Shown here piece by piece: positions 27,593-41,213 of a stretch of 64,000 bases of DNA (positions are counted from its first letter, which is position 1; every line of letters starts with the position of its first letter). Below the pieces are notes generated by a model. The model ran no database searches and was not told the DNA's origin. It saw only the letters and a list, made by a program, of their open reading frames with translations. This stretch comes from the human T2T-CHM13v2.0 reference genome, Homo sapiens. The position numbers were made by a program, and so were the translations under genes. The stretch is from NCBI RefSeq assembly GCF_009914755.1, contig NC_060941.1; one strand, given 5' to 3'.

Positions 27593-30500
27593 GGTTTACA
27601 GGGAGTTTAAACTCTCCAAAATAGGGCTTGACATTGAGATGTGGGATAAAATTTTTTTCATTTCCATTTGTATTTCATCTTATCCTTTAAAAAATCTATT
27701 TTAGGCATATTTTATATAGTGCATACATATTTATACAGTGATATATTTCAGAAATAAAAATATTCATATATTAGAAAAAATTAAAAATTGTATCATAAGA
27801 GCATGTAACTGTTTAGAGATCATGATATAAACAAGTCTAAAAAAGTATAAAAATATGATTATAGAAATGCATAAATTAGGAAGAGATTGAGAAGTGGACA
27901 ATTCTCCTAATTTTGACAGTTTAGAGAAAGCTATATCCTGATAATGATACTTGTGATTAAAAAAAAAAATGGGTTTTTGTCCAGTTACAGAGTCAAAGAG
28001 TAGAAGAAACGAATAACACCAGCAGATATTTAAGGCTGAGTCTACCAAATGGGGTTACGAATGACAAAGGTTGTATGATTGATGTGAAGATAACGTGGAA
28101 ATCGTGTACTCTGAACAGTAAGCAGGGCTAAGTCATGCAGAATGCCACATGTTAGGATTGGCAGTTGGGATTTCATTGTGGGCAAATGAGAATTTGTTGA
28201 GATAATGAAGACCAAAACAAGGATGCAAATCTGGGCCTATTGACCACAAAAGTGTATTCTCTTCACTGTGATAGTAGGGTGGAGTATAGCCTATGACTTG
28301 AGACTCTTATTAAGCAGTTTTAAACACACCAAGAAGAAATGATGAGAGTTCAGGCTGTGGTGCTGAGCCAGTAGTGGGCATTGAGATCAGGAGTTGAATC
28401 AGTTCAGCGAAATTTAAAGTATTTACTGTATAGGCAGGTAGAGTGTTCTGTGTGTGCATGTGAAGTGTTTTCTGTGTGGTCACTGCTTATACTGGCAGCA
28501 TGCAGCATAATTACTGGATGTAATGTCTATTATGACATTCAATATCTCCCTCATAAAAATATTGATAGATACGTTTCTGTGAACATGTCTGTATTTCTTG
28601 ATAAACAAGCAAGATTTTTTTTTTGGTGAGACAATTTGAATTGTACGATTTGACAAGTTTACTTTCTGTTTCAAGTTTCAGGAAGGAGGGATGAAAGTTC
28701 ATAGCCAATTGATTACTTATATTAGCCTAATTTTGCTATGTTCTTATATTTTATCCTCTGGTGTTTTAAAAATGTATTCTTTGTGATGATTTTGTTATAT
28801 ATAATTCATTAAAACTCATATCAGTTTTTGAAAGGAATATGCCATACAACACAAATGGTTATGGAATTAAAACAATAATTCCAAAAATAATATCCTGTAA
28901 TTTATAAAAATGTACAATTTTCTCTGTGAATAGAGACACTTTAACCATGTTTTAAAAAAAGGGAAAACAATTAGGAAAGTTAAAATATTTTCTAATCACA
29001 TGAGTACTCTCAAATTGAAAACAATATTAATTACCAAGACACCTTCATAAATATATATATTTTTATACTGTGACCTCTATATTTTTATTGGAAGATTAAT
29101 AACATGTATCTTAGCAACCACACCTGGACCCAAGGCACATGGGAGAGACTTGGCAGCATTCAAGGTGAAGTTTTTTAAGTTTAGACCGAATGCCAACAAA
29201 CTATGTACTACTTTGCTTCTAAAACATATTAATACATTTATCTAAATAGAAGGAAAAACCTAAGGAAAAAAGGTAAAAGAATAAGGAAGAAAGGACAGAA
29301 AGAAGGAAGGAAAAATACTCAATGAGTAGGTAAACAACCACTCAATATGATAAAGCAGAGTGCGATAATTTAAGGAAATATGAACTTAAGTGTCCATCTA
29401 ACGCCAGTAAATAGTAGGCAGATTTTAGGTTTGTGACCATAGCTATGGGAAGATATGGGTGTACATATAATGAACAATTATGAAAGATAAAATAAAAGTA
29501 ATGTTTCTTAAACTTAAGCAAGCCTTATTAATGCCTGCACACATATCAGAAACAATACCTACATAGACTTTCATGGACTAAGGTATACGAATCTTATGAG
29601 AATTCATATTTTCCGACTGGAGTCAGATATTAATAACCCCAACAGCTGCACTATTAAAGTTATAAGAATAAAGTTAGAGCAAATAAATTGTAACACATTG
29701 ATGTGTTATTCTTACTACCATTTTATATATGTAGAAATAGATGAATAAGTTTAAAAGATGACTTTAAGTCTTTAATGGGTATAACATTCAGAATCTCTAA
29801 AAATTCTATGTGTGGAACTAGACAGAGAATGCATAAAGTGAAATTTCCCCAGGTTTACAGATTGTCCTGTGAAATCAGAAAAGATTACAGAGGTGAGACA
29901 TTCTAGAGAATATTGTTGAGACAGGGTGCATGCGCATTTAATTTGCCTTTTGAGCCCTAAGACAGGTTAAAATTAGCAACTCAAATTTAATTATTTTGAC
30001 TTAGAGCAAAAGCTTTAAAATTATGGTAGCTTGCTATATGATTGTGTTTGACTTGGATCCTATTAGAAGTATTATGCAATCTATTTATTTTACTCACAAT
30101 TTTAATCGTTATATTCACATTCTGAGAGTCAGAAAAATAAAATGCCCTAAAATCTTACAATCAATAAATTTTAATAATCTTGAGAAAACAGCTTACTAAA
30201 ATACTGAATATTAAAAGCTGAATTACTGTGTCATCTAGGATATGGAGAAATGATTTGGTTCTCTAAAGGGGACTCACAGAACATAATACTCAGGCAGGAA
30301 TGCTTTGCCATGAGCCGATTTCATTTTTACTTTCTAATATAATTCCAAGGGTTCCCATCAGCATTTCTGTGAAAACACAGACTCACATACAAACACACAA
30401 AACAAGATTTTTCCCCGCAGGAGGAAAAACTAAGTGGCAGAAGAATGCATATCTTATTTATTCTCCAGAAGAAAGAGATATTAGAAGTCACACAGTTTAG

Positions 30501-30969
30501 GTTCCTTATTTTATAATGAAAACCAATAATATGGATTCAAACATAGTAAGGGATGAGTTGGGACAAAAACCCTTCTCTCTTGATTGGATGTCAAGTACTA
30601 CTGTTCTTATCTTTGTGTCATTCAGTCAAAGTATATAAAAATTAATAATATAAGGCATTATTAATATAATGTAAGTTGATATAAATGTAGATAAAATTAA
30701 TAAGTGTGGAGAGGCCTTGCATGATCAAGGAAGTTTAACAGAGGAGCAGGGACTTGTGCTGGTCATGGAGAATGTAGATTATGTAGATTTAAGATGGGAA
30801 TGGCATACAGGAGGGAGAGCAAGCTTGGGCAGAATACTTCTACTCCACATGGTAGAGGGCAAATCTTTATTTATGTCTCCCTTAACTACACTAAGTATAC
30901 TGTAGGAGAGATACCAGTAACCTTCTAAAGCCAGGTCTTTCTTATGTTTTTAAGCCAGAATAAAGACTT

Positions 30970-31170
30970 TCTAAGAGATTTTCACATATATCATTTCTCT
31001 TGACTAACACAATCACTCTATGAGATAATGTTCACATTTTATCTATGAGTAAATCAAGGCTCAAACATTTTACCTGATTTATCCACAGTCACATAGCTTT
31101 TTAGCCACAGAGATGGAATTGAATGTCAGTATTATGACTGCAAGCCCTGTGTTTTCCAATCACATCATAG
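30970..31170 (-). mobile_element. MIR
   Basis: cattttatctatgagtaaatcaaggctca...acagtcacatagc...cagagatggaattgaa = antisense MIR core. Confidence 0.65.
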
Positions 31171-31539
31171 CTAAGACTCATCCAGCCTGACACCAAGCCA
31201 GTTCTCCACCAATGGGAAATACTGGAAGAAGGTGCAGACGCAGTTTGCAAAGACTTCTGCCACTTTTTGTCAAAGAGATGATTGCAAATTTAATCTGGAT
31301 TTAACATTAAGGAATTCTATCTCAATTGTGTTATAAATCTCTTTCCCACACGGCCACTTATGTGTCCTCAGGCTCTTTCGTTGGGAGAAAACTCAGAGAT
31401 TAATGTTGCTGGGATAGCTCCAATGTCCCACACGCATTATATGGCTCTTATTTATATTATCTAACTCTAACTAGTCAAGGGTAAGGAAAGGATATGACAA
31501 GATTTCAGTAAGTTTTTAAAAAAGTTCAGTTTACTGATA

Positions 31540-32514
31540 CAGGTTGGGCATTCCTAGTTCTAAAATCCACTATCCAAAATGCTCCAAAATCTGAAATTTT
31601 TGAGCTCCAACATGATGCCACAGGTGGAACATCAAACACCGTAACAGGTTGCAGTCAAAACTCAGGTGTGCAACACACAGCTTATTTAGCATCCCTGAGG
31701 GGAAAAAGACTCTCCCAGCCCAGATTCCTCAGGCTAGCCTGCCCACAGAGGGTACTAAAATGACACAGGTGCAGGTCAGATGGCAGGTTTCCCATGATGC
31801 CTCACATCAGGCCAACACCCTTGTGCGTTACTCACTGTGTTTTGTTGTATATTCTCTGCTCTGTGGTGTAAAGATATTATTGAAAATGTCAAAAAGGACT
31901 GCACATATCCCGACAGGTAACAGTGATAAGAAAAAGAAGCATTTATGTGTACTGTACAGTGTATAGAAACCTTTTAATCAAAACACAGCATCATAGTTGG
32001 AGACTGAAAGCCTGCCATTGTTTGCGGTTGCTGTTGTCTAACAGCTGACACAGGTCTTCTGGTGATGATACTGTGCTGCTCAGTTACCATGAACACGTTA
32101 TTTCTTCACTGTATTAGTGGCATGCCATCTTTTTAAATCAGTAGTACTAATGTGTGAATAAATGTAAGAAAATGGTGCTTATCAGTGGCATATAAATTCA
32201 GAGTCAGGAATGACGGTGATGACAGACAACCACAGGTTGTCCACATGGGTGCGTGAGATTGTGACACCTTTGCTTTCGGATGGTTCAATGTACATGAACT
32301 TTGTTTCATGCACAAAATTATTAAATATTTTATAAATTACCTTCAGCCTATGTGTAAAAGGTGTCCATAAAATATAAATAAACTTTTTGCTTAGACTTGG
32401 GCCCTATACCCAATATATCTTATGTATATGGAAATACTTCAAACTCCAAAATAATCCAAAATAATTTGAAACACTTCTGGTCCCAAGCATTTCACATAAG
32501 GGATACTCAAGCTG
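31540..32514 (+). mobile_element. Internally deleted Tigger4/Zombi (TcMar-Tigger) DNA transposon
   Basis: TIRs CAGGTTGGGCATTCCT ... AGGGATACTCAAGCTG flanked by TA (31538-39, 32515-16); keeps the transposase N-terminus MSKRTAHIPTGNSDKKKKHLC before a deletion. Confidence 0.88.
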
Positions 32515-32850
32515 TAATTATATCTTAATTCATGTCAGCAAAAGTCACAATGCAATGTTTTTATTGTTCAGTGGAAACCTAGTCATCTACATTTTTGTCA
32601 TCTATTTCTTTAAGCTCAAATTGATTTAACCAATGACTTCTCAAATTCAAGATAAAATCAATCATATCACTAAAAACAAAACCAAACAACCAAGCAAAAA
32701 CAAAAACACTGACTAAACATTTAAAACATAGCCAAGTAGACAATGTTTGAGAGTACATTATAGACAGTTATTTATGTATTAACAAATTTAATTTCAATGA
32801 TTGGCAGATTTTGCACTATAAAAATATAACTACTCCTTTAATTTAGGCAC

Positions 32851-33235
32851 TGTGGCAGATATGGAACTTCTTCAAGTAAAGACTTGCTTTCCAGATGTGG
32901 GGAAAGCAGTTAGTAGTGAAGAGCCTGTTAGCTTTTCCAGGCTTGCTTCAGCTTCAAGCTACAGTCACATTCTTCTTGGGGTGGCCTCTGGCCAGTGACT
33001 AAGTGAGGTCGGTAGCTGAGGGCATACCATTATGAAGACATCCCCAGCTAATGACTGAGTAAGGTGGTACTACCAGGATCTCCACATTTTCTTTCATTCA
33101 GTGTGTGCTCCAGAGTGCCCAGTAGACTGGCAGAGATTTTACAGGTTTTCAGGATGCTCTGACATGACCCTCTGCCCCAACCTGCTTTCTCTCATTTCCT
33201 TTCTCATGTTTATTTCCCAGTAACTGTAAACTGCA
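32851..33235 (+). mobile_element. LTR16-like ERVL solo LTR
   Basis: TGTGGCAG start; ggccagtgactaagtgagg, ctccagagtgcccagtagactggcagag and ctctgccccaacctgctttct motifs typical of LTR16. Confidence 0.55.
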
Positions 33236-35256
33236 AGATTTGTTTAATCCTAGGTTAGAAATGATTGGGAATTCTTATCAGAATAAAGGCTGAGATTTTT
33301 TTTAAGTTAAAATGTCACATTCTCTGTGGCATCTCTGATATCTTTTGGCATATTTATTCAAGTTTTCTGGTAGGTTAGCGACACTTTGTTCATCCTCTGT
33401 TACAATGTGTATTATGGTGTAATTGTAATTATTTGGTGTGGTTGCCCTCTCTAAATCCACGAAATAAAGTAGGGTTTATTTTTCCCAGTGATATCTTTGT
33501 TGGATTTATTAGTTGTCTCCGTATAAAATACATATTTAGAGACACATTATTTTTCAGATAAATGTTATCATTTTAGAACAGTAGATTGCGAGAGATTGGG
33601 GAAATCAAAGATGGAGAAAATGTTTGAGAATTGTAATCAGTGTCTCTCTGCTGAGCTATCGATCCCTTACTTTATTCTCATAAAGAGATGCTAATAGCTA
33701 AAATATGTAGTGACTTTATGCTCAAATCCTAGCACAGAAATTCACATAAAAATGTCATATTCGGTGAGATTTAGTAATTCTATGAAGAGTTTAGATTAGA
33801 AACCTTGAACTCTACATTTCAACAACCTTTTCCTGTAAAAGGATAAGAATGCAAAAAAGGGGAACCCTATGATACAATATAATTCTGGGAAAGTGTGTAA
33901 AAGTGAAGCACACACATTTTATTAAAAATTTCTAGTATAGTTAAAATTTGTAAGGAAAGGCAACCAATAAATCAGTTACCTTTGGTTGTGGTTTGGTTTC
34001 TGAAAGCCTCTGTAGTGAGATTGATAGCTTCATTCGATAATTATGTTAAACTATTATAATGCATGTCATATATGGAAATCGGTTTTATAAGCAAGTGAGA
34101 TAAATTTATTATATAATACTAAGCCTCTAGATATAAATGTTAAAACAAAAATATGTCCCCATTTTCTAGAAGGGTGCACTGTGCTATTTAAATCACCCTT
34201 TGATTGAAACAGCTAATAGGGTACTTTCTTCGGTTCATGCCATGAAGATCGAAAGTTATGAAATTCACATATATTTTTGAAGAATAAAAATAATGTAATT
34301 TACTGACCGGCAGTAATAATAAGATAAAACAAAAAACTGAATTTAAACCTTTATTTGTTTAGGAAGAAAAGAAAATAAAACTATAATTATGATGTGAATA
34401 AAATAATGTTTTCCCTGTTTGGGCTATTATCCCATTGTTTTGCCTCAATGCTTTTGCTAATATTGCACTACATTCATTAAAGAAAAAAGGCACACATGAC
34501 AAACCACATTTTGCCGTCTGGGAATTAAAATAATCTTGTGGCCAGCCGAGAAGCCACTTATGCATGGCATATATATCCAGGTTCAGAATCCAAAGGATAA
34601 AAGTGGGTCATATCATAATCAAGAAAACACAAATGCAAGCTGATCTGTACACTAAAATCAGACAGCAATGCTGAGTGGAGTCAGAATCTGCAGACAAGAG
34701 TGTGACTAACAAAGGAAGAGATTCAGCTATCCAGAGAGTCGAGACAGATAAATGAGGACCCAGGGTAGAAATCTAAATTCGTGGGACAAAGAGTTAGAAG
34801 TAAGCTGAAGTTGAAGGAAGCATCTACAAAAGAAGTAAGAGGTGAGAGAATATGCCTAATGAAATTGTGGAGAATGAGGAAGCTATTGCTGTAGTTTCTT
34901 TTGACCCAAACATTTCTGTCCCTGGTTTTCAAACTCATGGAACATAGCTTCAAACAAATGCTTAAAAACAAGGGGAATTTTATGCATAGTATTAGTTGCA
35001 TTTATCAAATGCATTTATCAAATGCCCATGTTACCTTTACAATAAGAGTAGTTAGCAAATGTAAACATGTTTTTTGCATTTTCTTGAAAGTAGAAAGTAA
35101 TATATATTAGGACACACCCATTGACTTGACTCAACTATATTTGAATGAGCACAATCTGGAGGACCTTATCCAAAGATAAAGTCTCAGACATTCTAGAACT
35201 ATCTTGTCTTTGTCTATATCAGATGATAACTTTATTAAAGCTTCTTACAGCTGTGA

Positions 35257-35566
<310 letters not shown>

Positions 35567-37159
35567 CTACTATTTTAATTTTAATGAAAAAAGTATGTCT
35601 GAAAATTGGTTGTTTAAGAAGTCTTCCTTTTGAGGGTGTATTTTTACAACTACTCAGATGTAGCTAACAATAAAAACAAAGCATATTAAAAGTGTGCTAC
35701 TAGAGAAGACAGCACTACTAAATTTATTATCATCAGACTTCTGTTCAAAGATATCTTTTAAAACACCTGTATAAAGTTATTAACTGATTAACCTGCTGAG
35801 CAAGGGATCTTGAACCAGGGGAGCTTGAGGAGAATTCCCACTCTGTCAATTTTTTTAAAAAAATACTGAACCAATTAATTTTTAATATCCGTTTTTGTTC
35901 CTATTTTTCATTTTTAAACCAAAATGACACCTTACATCTTCCCACATTATTAAAATTTCAGGAGTATAAAGGCATTGACTGACTGAGGCATTTATGTAAT
36001 TTTTACTTCTCACCTTGTATGGATACCTTATGAAATCAATATACCAGATATTAGAGTATCTGATATTATATTATATTACATGCATATGTTTCCATAGTAT
36101 CACAGGTGAGCAAACATGGGGTATATAAAGTCTGTAACATTTAATTTAATGTAGAAAGACAGTTTTCTTTATTTTTCCATTTTTAAAAATTATAATGTAC
36201 CCCTTCAAATTATTATCAACAATTATATGAAATTTAAGATTAGAAAAAAAATTTAGTATTAAAAAACAACTAGAGTAATCTAATTCAAAATCTTAAAGGT
36301 TAATACTGTTTAAATTTGAGAGTTATTAGAGATTCTATTGGTTCCTTTTCCAAAATATTTTTATTTTTCTCCAATACTCCACGTTGTGTTTGCACTGAAA
36401 AATAGAACATTGACTAATTTTGGTAATCAGCAAATGACTTAGTACCTAAGTCACTAATTAAAGTTATAATTACACTTTTATCATCCACCCTACATTTCTC
36501 AGGTCTTTGGATTTAGGTCTCTGTAGTTAGTCACTTTTCTTGCTACCTGTCAGGAAGAGATAATGTGTCAAAATATAACAAGTTCATTATATTCTCTTGT
36601 AAGTGCTAGTTAGTCACTTCCTCCTTCTATGCTCCAAATACTCATCGAATATGGCCATGTTACAACTCTTTCTCATTGTTTTGTGATTCAGTTTTCTACC
36701 TCTGTATCTCCAAATAAATTCTGAATCCAAAGTGGGTAGTCTAAGTTGCAATTTTTGGGATGAACCCAGGACCTAAAAAAGTATCAGACATATTTTGCTT
36801 GTTCAATTTTTTTTGAATAAAATGATAAATATTTTTAAAGGACAACAGTTTGGATTTATGAATGAGGTCTCACTTATGTTCTCATAACTGATTTTCCTTC
36901 GCAATAGCATCACAGATAAGTTACTAACTGAATAATTGTCTGAGATATAATTTTATTTTTGTTGAAGTTACGTGTTTGAATTTCATACACTTACATATAG
37001 AGAACTTTATTTCATAAGTTTCAAAGATGATATGTTCAAACCATATCATTAGTTTTGAAAAAAATGAAATTATATATATTTGGTTATATTTCAAGATACT
37101 TCAAACAATTGAAGAATATAGAGGTCAGGTTTGCATAACAAAGTGTGGCATTTCATCTC

Positions 37160-37938
37160 AGGTGATGAGAGGTATTTATAGTTTTTTATTTTTCCTCCAC
37201 CCAACCAGTTTTCTGAATCTCTGATACCAACTTATGTCCTACAATTCCATTTGATTCTAACTCTAACTACCAGGAGTTAGTATCAGACATCACAGGTTTA
37301 AAAGCTTAGTCCCTCAAAACTGCCCTCACCGTAGATGCCACTTGCAAGTATCAGGTGCTCAGGCTGCCTACCCTTTGGTCTAACTTGGCTACAAAGTCAA
37401 GGGTTCCCACAATCTCCCACACCAAGGTTAATTTGCTAGAATGACTCTGAACTCAGGTAAATGCTGTATTTACTATTACAGCTTATATTAAAGGATACAA
37501 ATGAACAACCAGATAAAGTGGTACATAGTGCATGGTCCGGAAAGGTCCTGAACACAGGGGCCTTGGTTCTTATGAAGTTGGGGTATGTCGCCTTCCACGG
37601 ACGTGGATGTGTTTGCCAGTTTGAAAGCTCCTTAAACCTTATGTTTAGTGTTTTTATGGAAGTTTTATTATGTAGCCATGACTGTGTCCATTGGTAATTA
37701 ACTCAATCTCCAACCTTATTCCCTCCCGGGAGCTTGGAATCTGGGGCTGAAAATCCCAAGCTTGTAATCAAGGCTGGGTCTTTCTGTGATGAGCCCCTTT
37801 TCTGAAGTGGATGGTCCTGCCAAGAGTTACCTCATTAGAACAGCAGATGCTTTTATCAGCATTATCACTCTGGAAATTTCAAGAGTTTTAGAAGCTCTAT
37901 GCTAAAACAAATACCAAATATCTTTCTTATTATACTAT
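37160..37938. mobile_element. MER21-family LTR
   Basis: tgtcctacaattccatttgattctaactctaactacc, cttggctacaaagtcaagggttcccac, taaaggatacaaatgaacaaccagat motifs. Confidence 0.75.
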
Positions 37939-37989
37939 AGATGATAAGAAACTCACTACTGTTGAAAAATAATTTAGTACTGAAACAAG

Positions 37990-38208
37990 CAGTAGGGCTG
38001 GGATCCATAAGGATTCAGGTTTTAGTCCCACTCTTTAGCAGCTGTATAATCTTGTGCAAAAAAAAAAAAAAATTTAAATTGTTTAGTGCTCAGTTTTCTT
38101 ATTTGGTAGAAAGAGAAGAAGTAGGGTTAAATGACTTAAAGCATGTAAAACACGGAGCACAGAGCTGGCACAAGGCAAGCACTCAATAAGAGAGAGCTAT
38201 TATTATTT
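37990..38208 (+). mobile_element. MIR
   Basis: cagctgtataatcttgtgcaa...gctcagttttcttattt...catgtaaaacac...gcactcaataa. Confidence 0.7.
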
Positions 38209-38211
38209 TAA

Positions 38212-38420
38212 TTGGGGATCCACAAACTTCTTTAAAGGGCCAGCTATTTTAATACTTTACAGTCTATAGCCAGTTCCTGCTTCTAATACTCAACATATCA
38301 TTGTAGTGTGGAAGCAGCCATAGATGATGTATAATGAATAAACCATCCCCATAAAACTTTATTTACCAAAACAAACGGCAGGCCAGATTTGGCCTGTGGG
38401 ACATAGTTTGTCCACATACC
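38212..38420. mobile_element. MER58A (hAT-Charlie)
   Basis: caaacttctttaaagggccag...gcagccatagat...aaaactttatttaccaaaac...gccagatttggcctgtgggacatagtttg. Confidence 0.82.
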
Positions 38421-39117
38421 TAGTTCACATTATACAAATCCAGAATTAAGCTACTGTTGTATTGTATATCACCTCTACATTTACATAGGCCTTGAGCACA
38501 TAGAATGCACTTTGTTAAATTAATTATGTATTATTTCCTCTAATTCTAGTGCCTTGATGTTTTGGGTTGTTATATCCCCCCAAAAAAGGCATGTTTGAGT
38601 CCTAACCACCACTATTTCAGAAGGCAATTGTATTTGGAAATAGAGTCTTTACAGAACTAATTAAGTTAAAATGAGGTTATTAGAATGGACAATAATGCAG
38701 TATGACATATGTCCTTATACACAGAAGAAATTTGGGCACAGACAGACATAGTGAGAAGGTGATGTGAAGAGAGGCAGGGAGAAGGTGGCCATCTGCAAGC
38801 TAGGTAATGCCTGAAGCTACTAGAAGCTAGGGGACATGCCAGAAACAGGTTCGTCCCTAGAGTCTTCAGGGGCAACATGTCCTAACCAACACCTTCATTT
38901 TAGGTTTCTGGCCTCTAACATTTTGAGGCAATAAATTTCTGTTGTCCTAAGCTACTTGATTTGTTATGGCAAAAAAAAAAAAAAATGCAGATTTTATTCT
39001 AGGAAGTTGGATGCTACTGCCTCAAATACCTAAAATACGAAAGTGGCTTTGGAATTGGGTCCTGCTTAAAAGCTAGAAGAGTTTTGAGGCACATGATACA
39101 AAGAAAATGTCTAAATT

Positions 39118-39418
39118 GGCCGGGAACGGTGGCTCACGCCTGTAATCCCAGCACTTTGGGAGGCCAAGGTGGATGGATCACAAGGTCAGGAGTTCGAGAC
39201 CAGCCTGGCCAACATGGTGAAACCCCATCTCTACTAAAAATACAAAAATTAGCCAGGCGTGGCAGCGGACGCCTGTAATCCCAGCTACTCAGGAGGCTAA
39301 GGCAGAGAATTGCTTGAACCACAGAGTCAGAGATTGCATTAAGCAGAGATCATGCCACTGCACTCCAGCCTGGGTGACAGAGCGAGAATCCATCTCAAAA
39401 AAAAGAAAAGAAAAGATA
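39118..39418 (+). mobile_element. AluS (Sg-like)
   Basis: Full Alu; 17-bp TSD AAGAAAATGTCTAAATT at 39101-39117 and 39419-39435. Confidence 0.97.
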
Positions 39419-40326
39419 AAGAAAATGTCTAAATTGCCTTAAAGAGACTGTTGATATAAATATGGACATTAAAGAAGATTCTGGTGAGGGTTCCGGAAGA
39501 GGAGTGCTGTAAAGAGTCTATTGTCTTAGAGAGAATACATATATCATCACAAACAGAATATTTCTAAAAACACAAATGTTAAGTGTGCTTCTGGTGACAT
39601 TTCAGACAAAAATGAGGAATATTTTATTGAAAACTGGAGGAAAGGTGATTTTTGTTATAACGTGACAAAGAACATGCATAAATTGTGTTTTGCTGGGTGA
39701 AAAGTAGAACTTGTAAATGATAAACTTTGACATTTAGTTGAGAAGATTACTAAGCAAAGTGTTAAACTGAAGTCTTGTTTCTCTTTGTTGCCTTTAGTAA
39801 AATGTGAAATAGATAAATTGAAGAAGAAATTGTTATGCAAAAAGAAACCATAGCTTAAGGACATATAAAATTTCTCAGCCTATCCGTATTGCAAAGAAAT
39901 GAGAAAATGTGCTCTGGAGAGAACACCAAGGGTGTGGCTGGACAACTGTCAGAACCTCTTATAGATTAGAGTGTGACTTATGGATCTAATCAGGCATCCC
40001 AGCAGACATGCTGCAGCCTGCAATTAAAGAGACAGAGATAGAATAAAATGAAGGACAGCTGTTAGACTTCTGGGATTCTAGAAGCAGTTAATGGCTGATA
40101 GAGGTATTTACCTGTAAATATGTGTTCTCTGCCAAGAAAAGGGAAGAATGACCCTGAAAGCAGTTTAGAGGCTGGTGGGGTGTTGCTGCCACCAGAAACT
40201 GAGGTTGCAGGCAAAGAAATCAGAGTTCCTTCCTCTTCAGTTTCAGAGCAAGGGGCCACCACCATGTTGGACCAAGAGAACAGAGCATCCAGCCAAAGAT
40301 GTTAATTCTCATGTCTTAAAATATAA

Positions 40327-41213
40327 CTGTTTTATATAAATTTTAGAATTTTTTTCTATTTCTGTAAAAACATCACTAAGCATCAGTAAAATGCTAATCA
40401 AAATCATAAAGAGATATCACCACATGCCTGTAAGGACAACTAGTATGAAACAACAGCAAGAAAAATGACATTGGCAAGAATCTGGAGAAATTGGAACCTT
40501 TGTACATTGAGAATGAAAATGCTATATCCATTGTGGAAAACAATGTATGGAATTACTCAAAAGATTAAAAATATAACTATCATACGATCTACCAATCCAC
40601 CTCTGGGTATTTATCCAAAAGAATTGAAATCAGGATCTTGATGAGATATCTACTACTACTACTCTCCCTGTTTATTGCAGCACTATTCACAATAGCCAAG
40701 AGCTGGATGCAACCCAAATATCCATCAATTAATGAATAGATAAGCAAAGTGTGGAATATACATAAAATGGACTATTATTCAGCCTTTTAACAAAAGGAAA
40801 TCTTGCAATATGCAGCAACATGGACATATGATATAAAATAAGCCAGTCACAGAAGAACAAATACTGCATGATTCTACTTATATAAGGCATCTGAAATACT
40901 CAGTTTCATAAAATCATAGAGTGGAAGGGTGGATACCAAGGACTGGGAGGAGGGGCAAATGGGGAATTACTAATCAACAGGCATAAACTTTCGAACAAGA
41001 TGAATAAGCTGTAGAGATTTGCTGTATAACATTGTACCTACAGATGACGATAATGCATTGCACTCTTAAAAATTTGTGAAGGGGGTAGATCTTATGTTAA
41101 GTGCCTTACCACAATAAAATAATAGATAAATGTAATAAAGAATTTTAAAAGAAGCATTCAAGGATCAGGATTTAATAAATATATTTCCTTTTTTACTGCT
41201 TCAACAAGAAAAA
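40327..41213 (+). mobile_element. Old L1 (L1MA9/10-L1MB1-like) 3' end with short 5' inverted piece and extra 3' tail
   Basis: ORF2 end and 3'UTR (…gggtagatcttatgttaagtgccttaccacaataaaa); TSD AAAATATAA (40318-40326) / AAAATCTAA (41214-41222). Confidence 0.85.

Noticed and set aside
36040-36068. Small hairpin CAGATA-ttagag-TATCTG
   Set aside because: Short AT-rich stem expected by chance
38970-38986. Poly-A run at the end of the MLT1 LTR suggesting a retroposed LTR transcript
   Set aside because: The LTR terminus and internal sequence continue directly after it, so it is more likely a local A-run expansion
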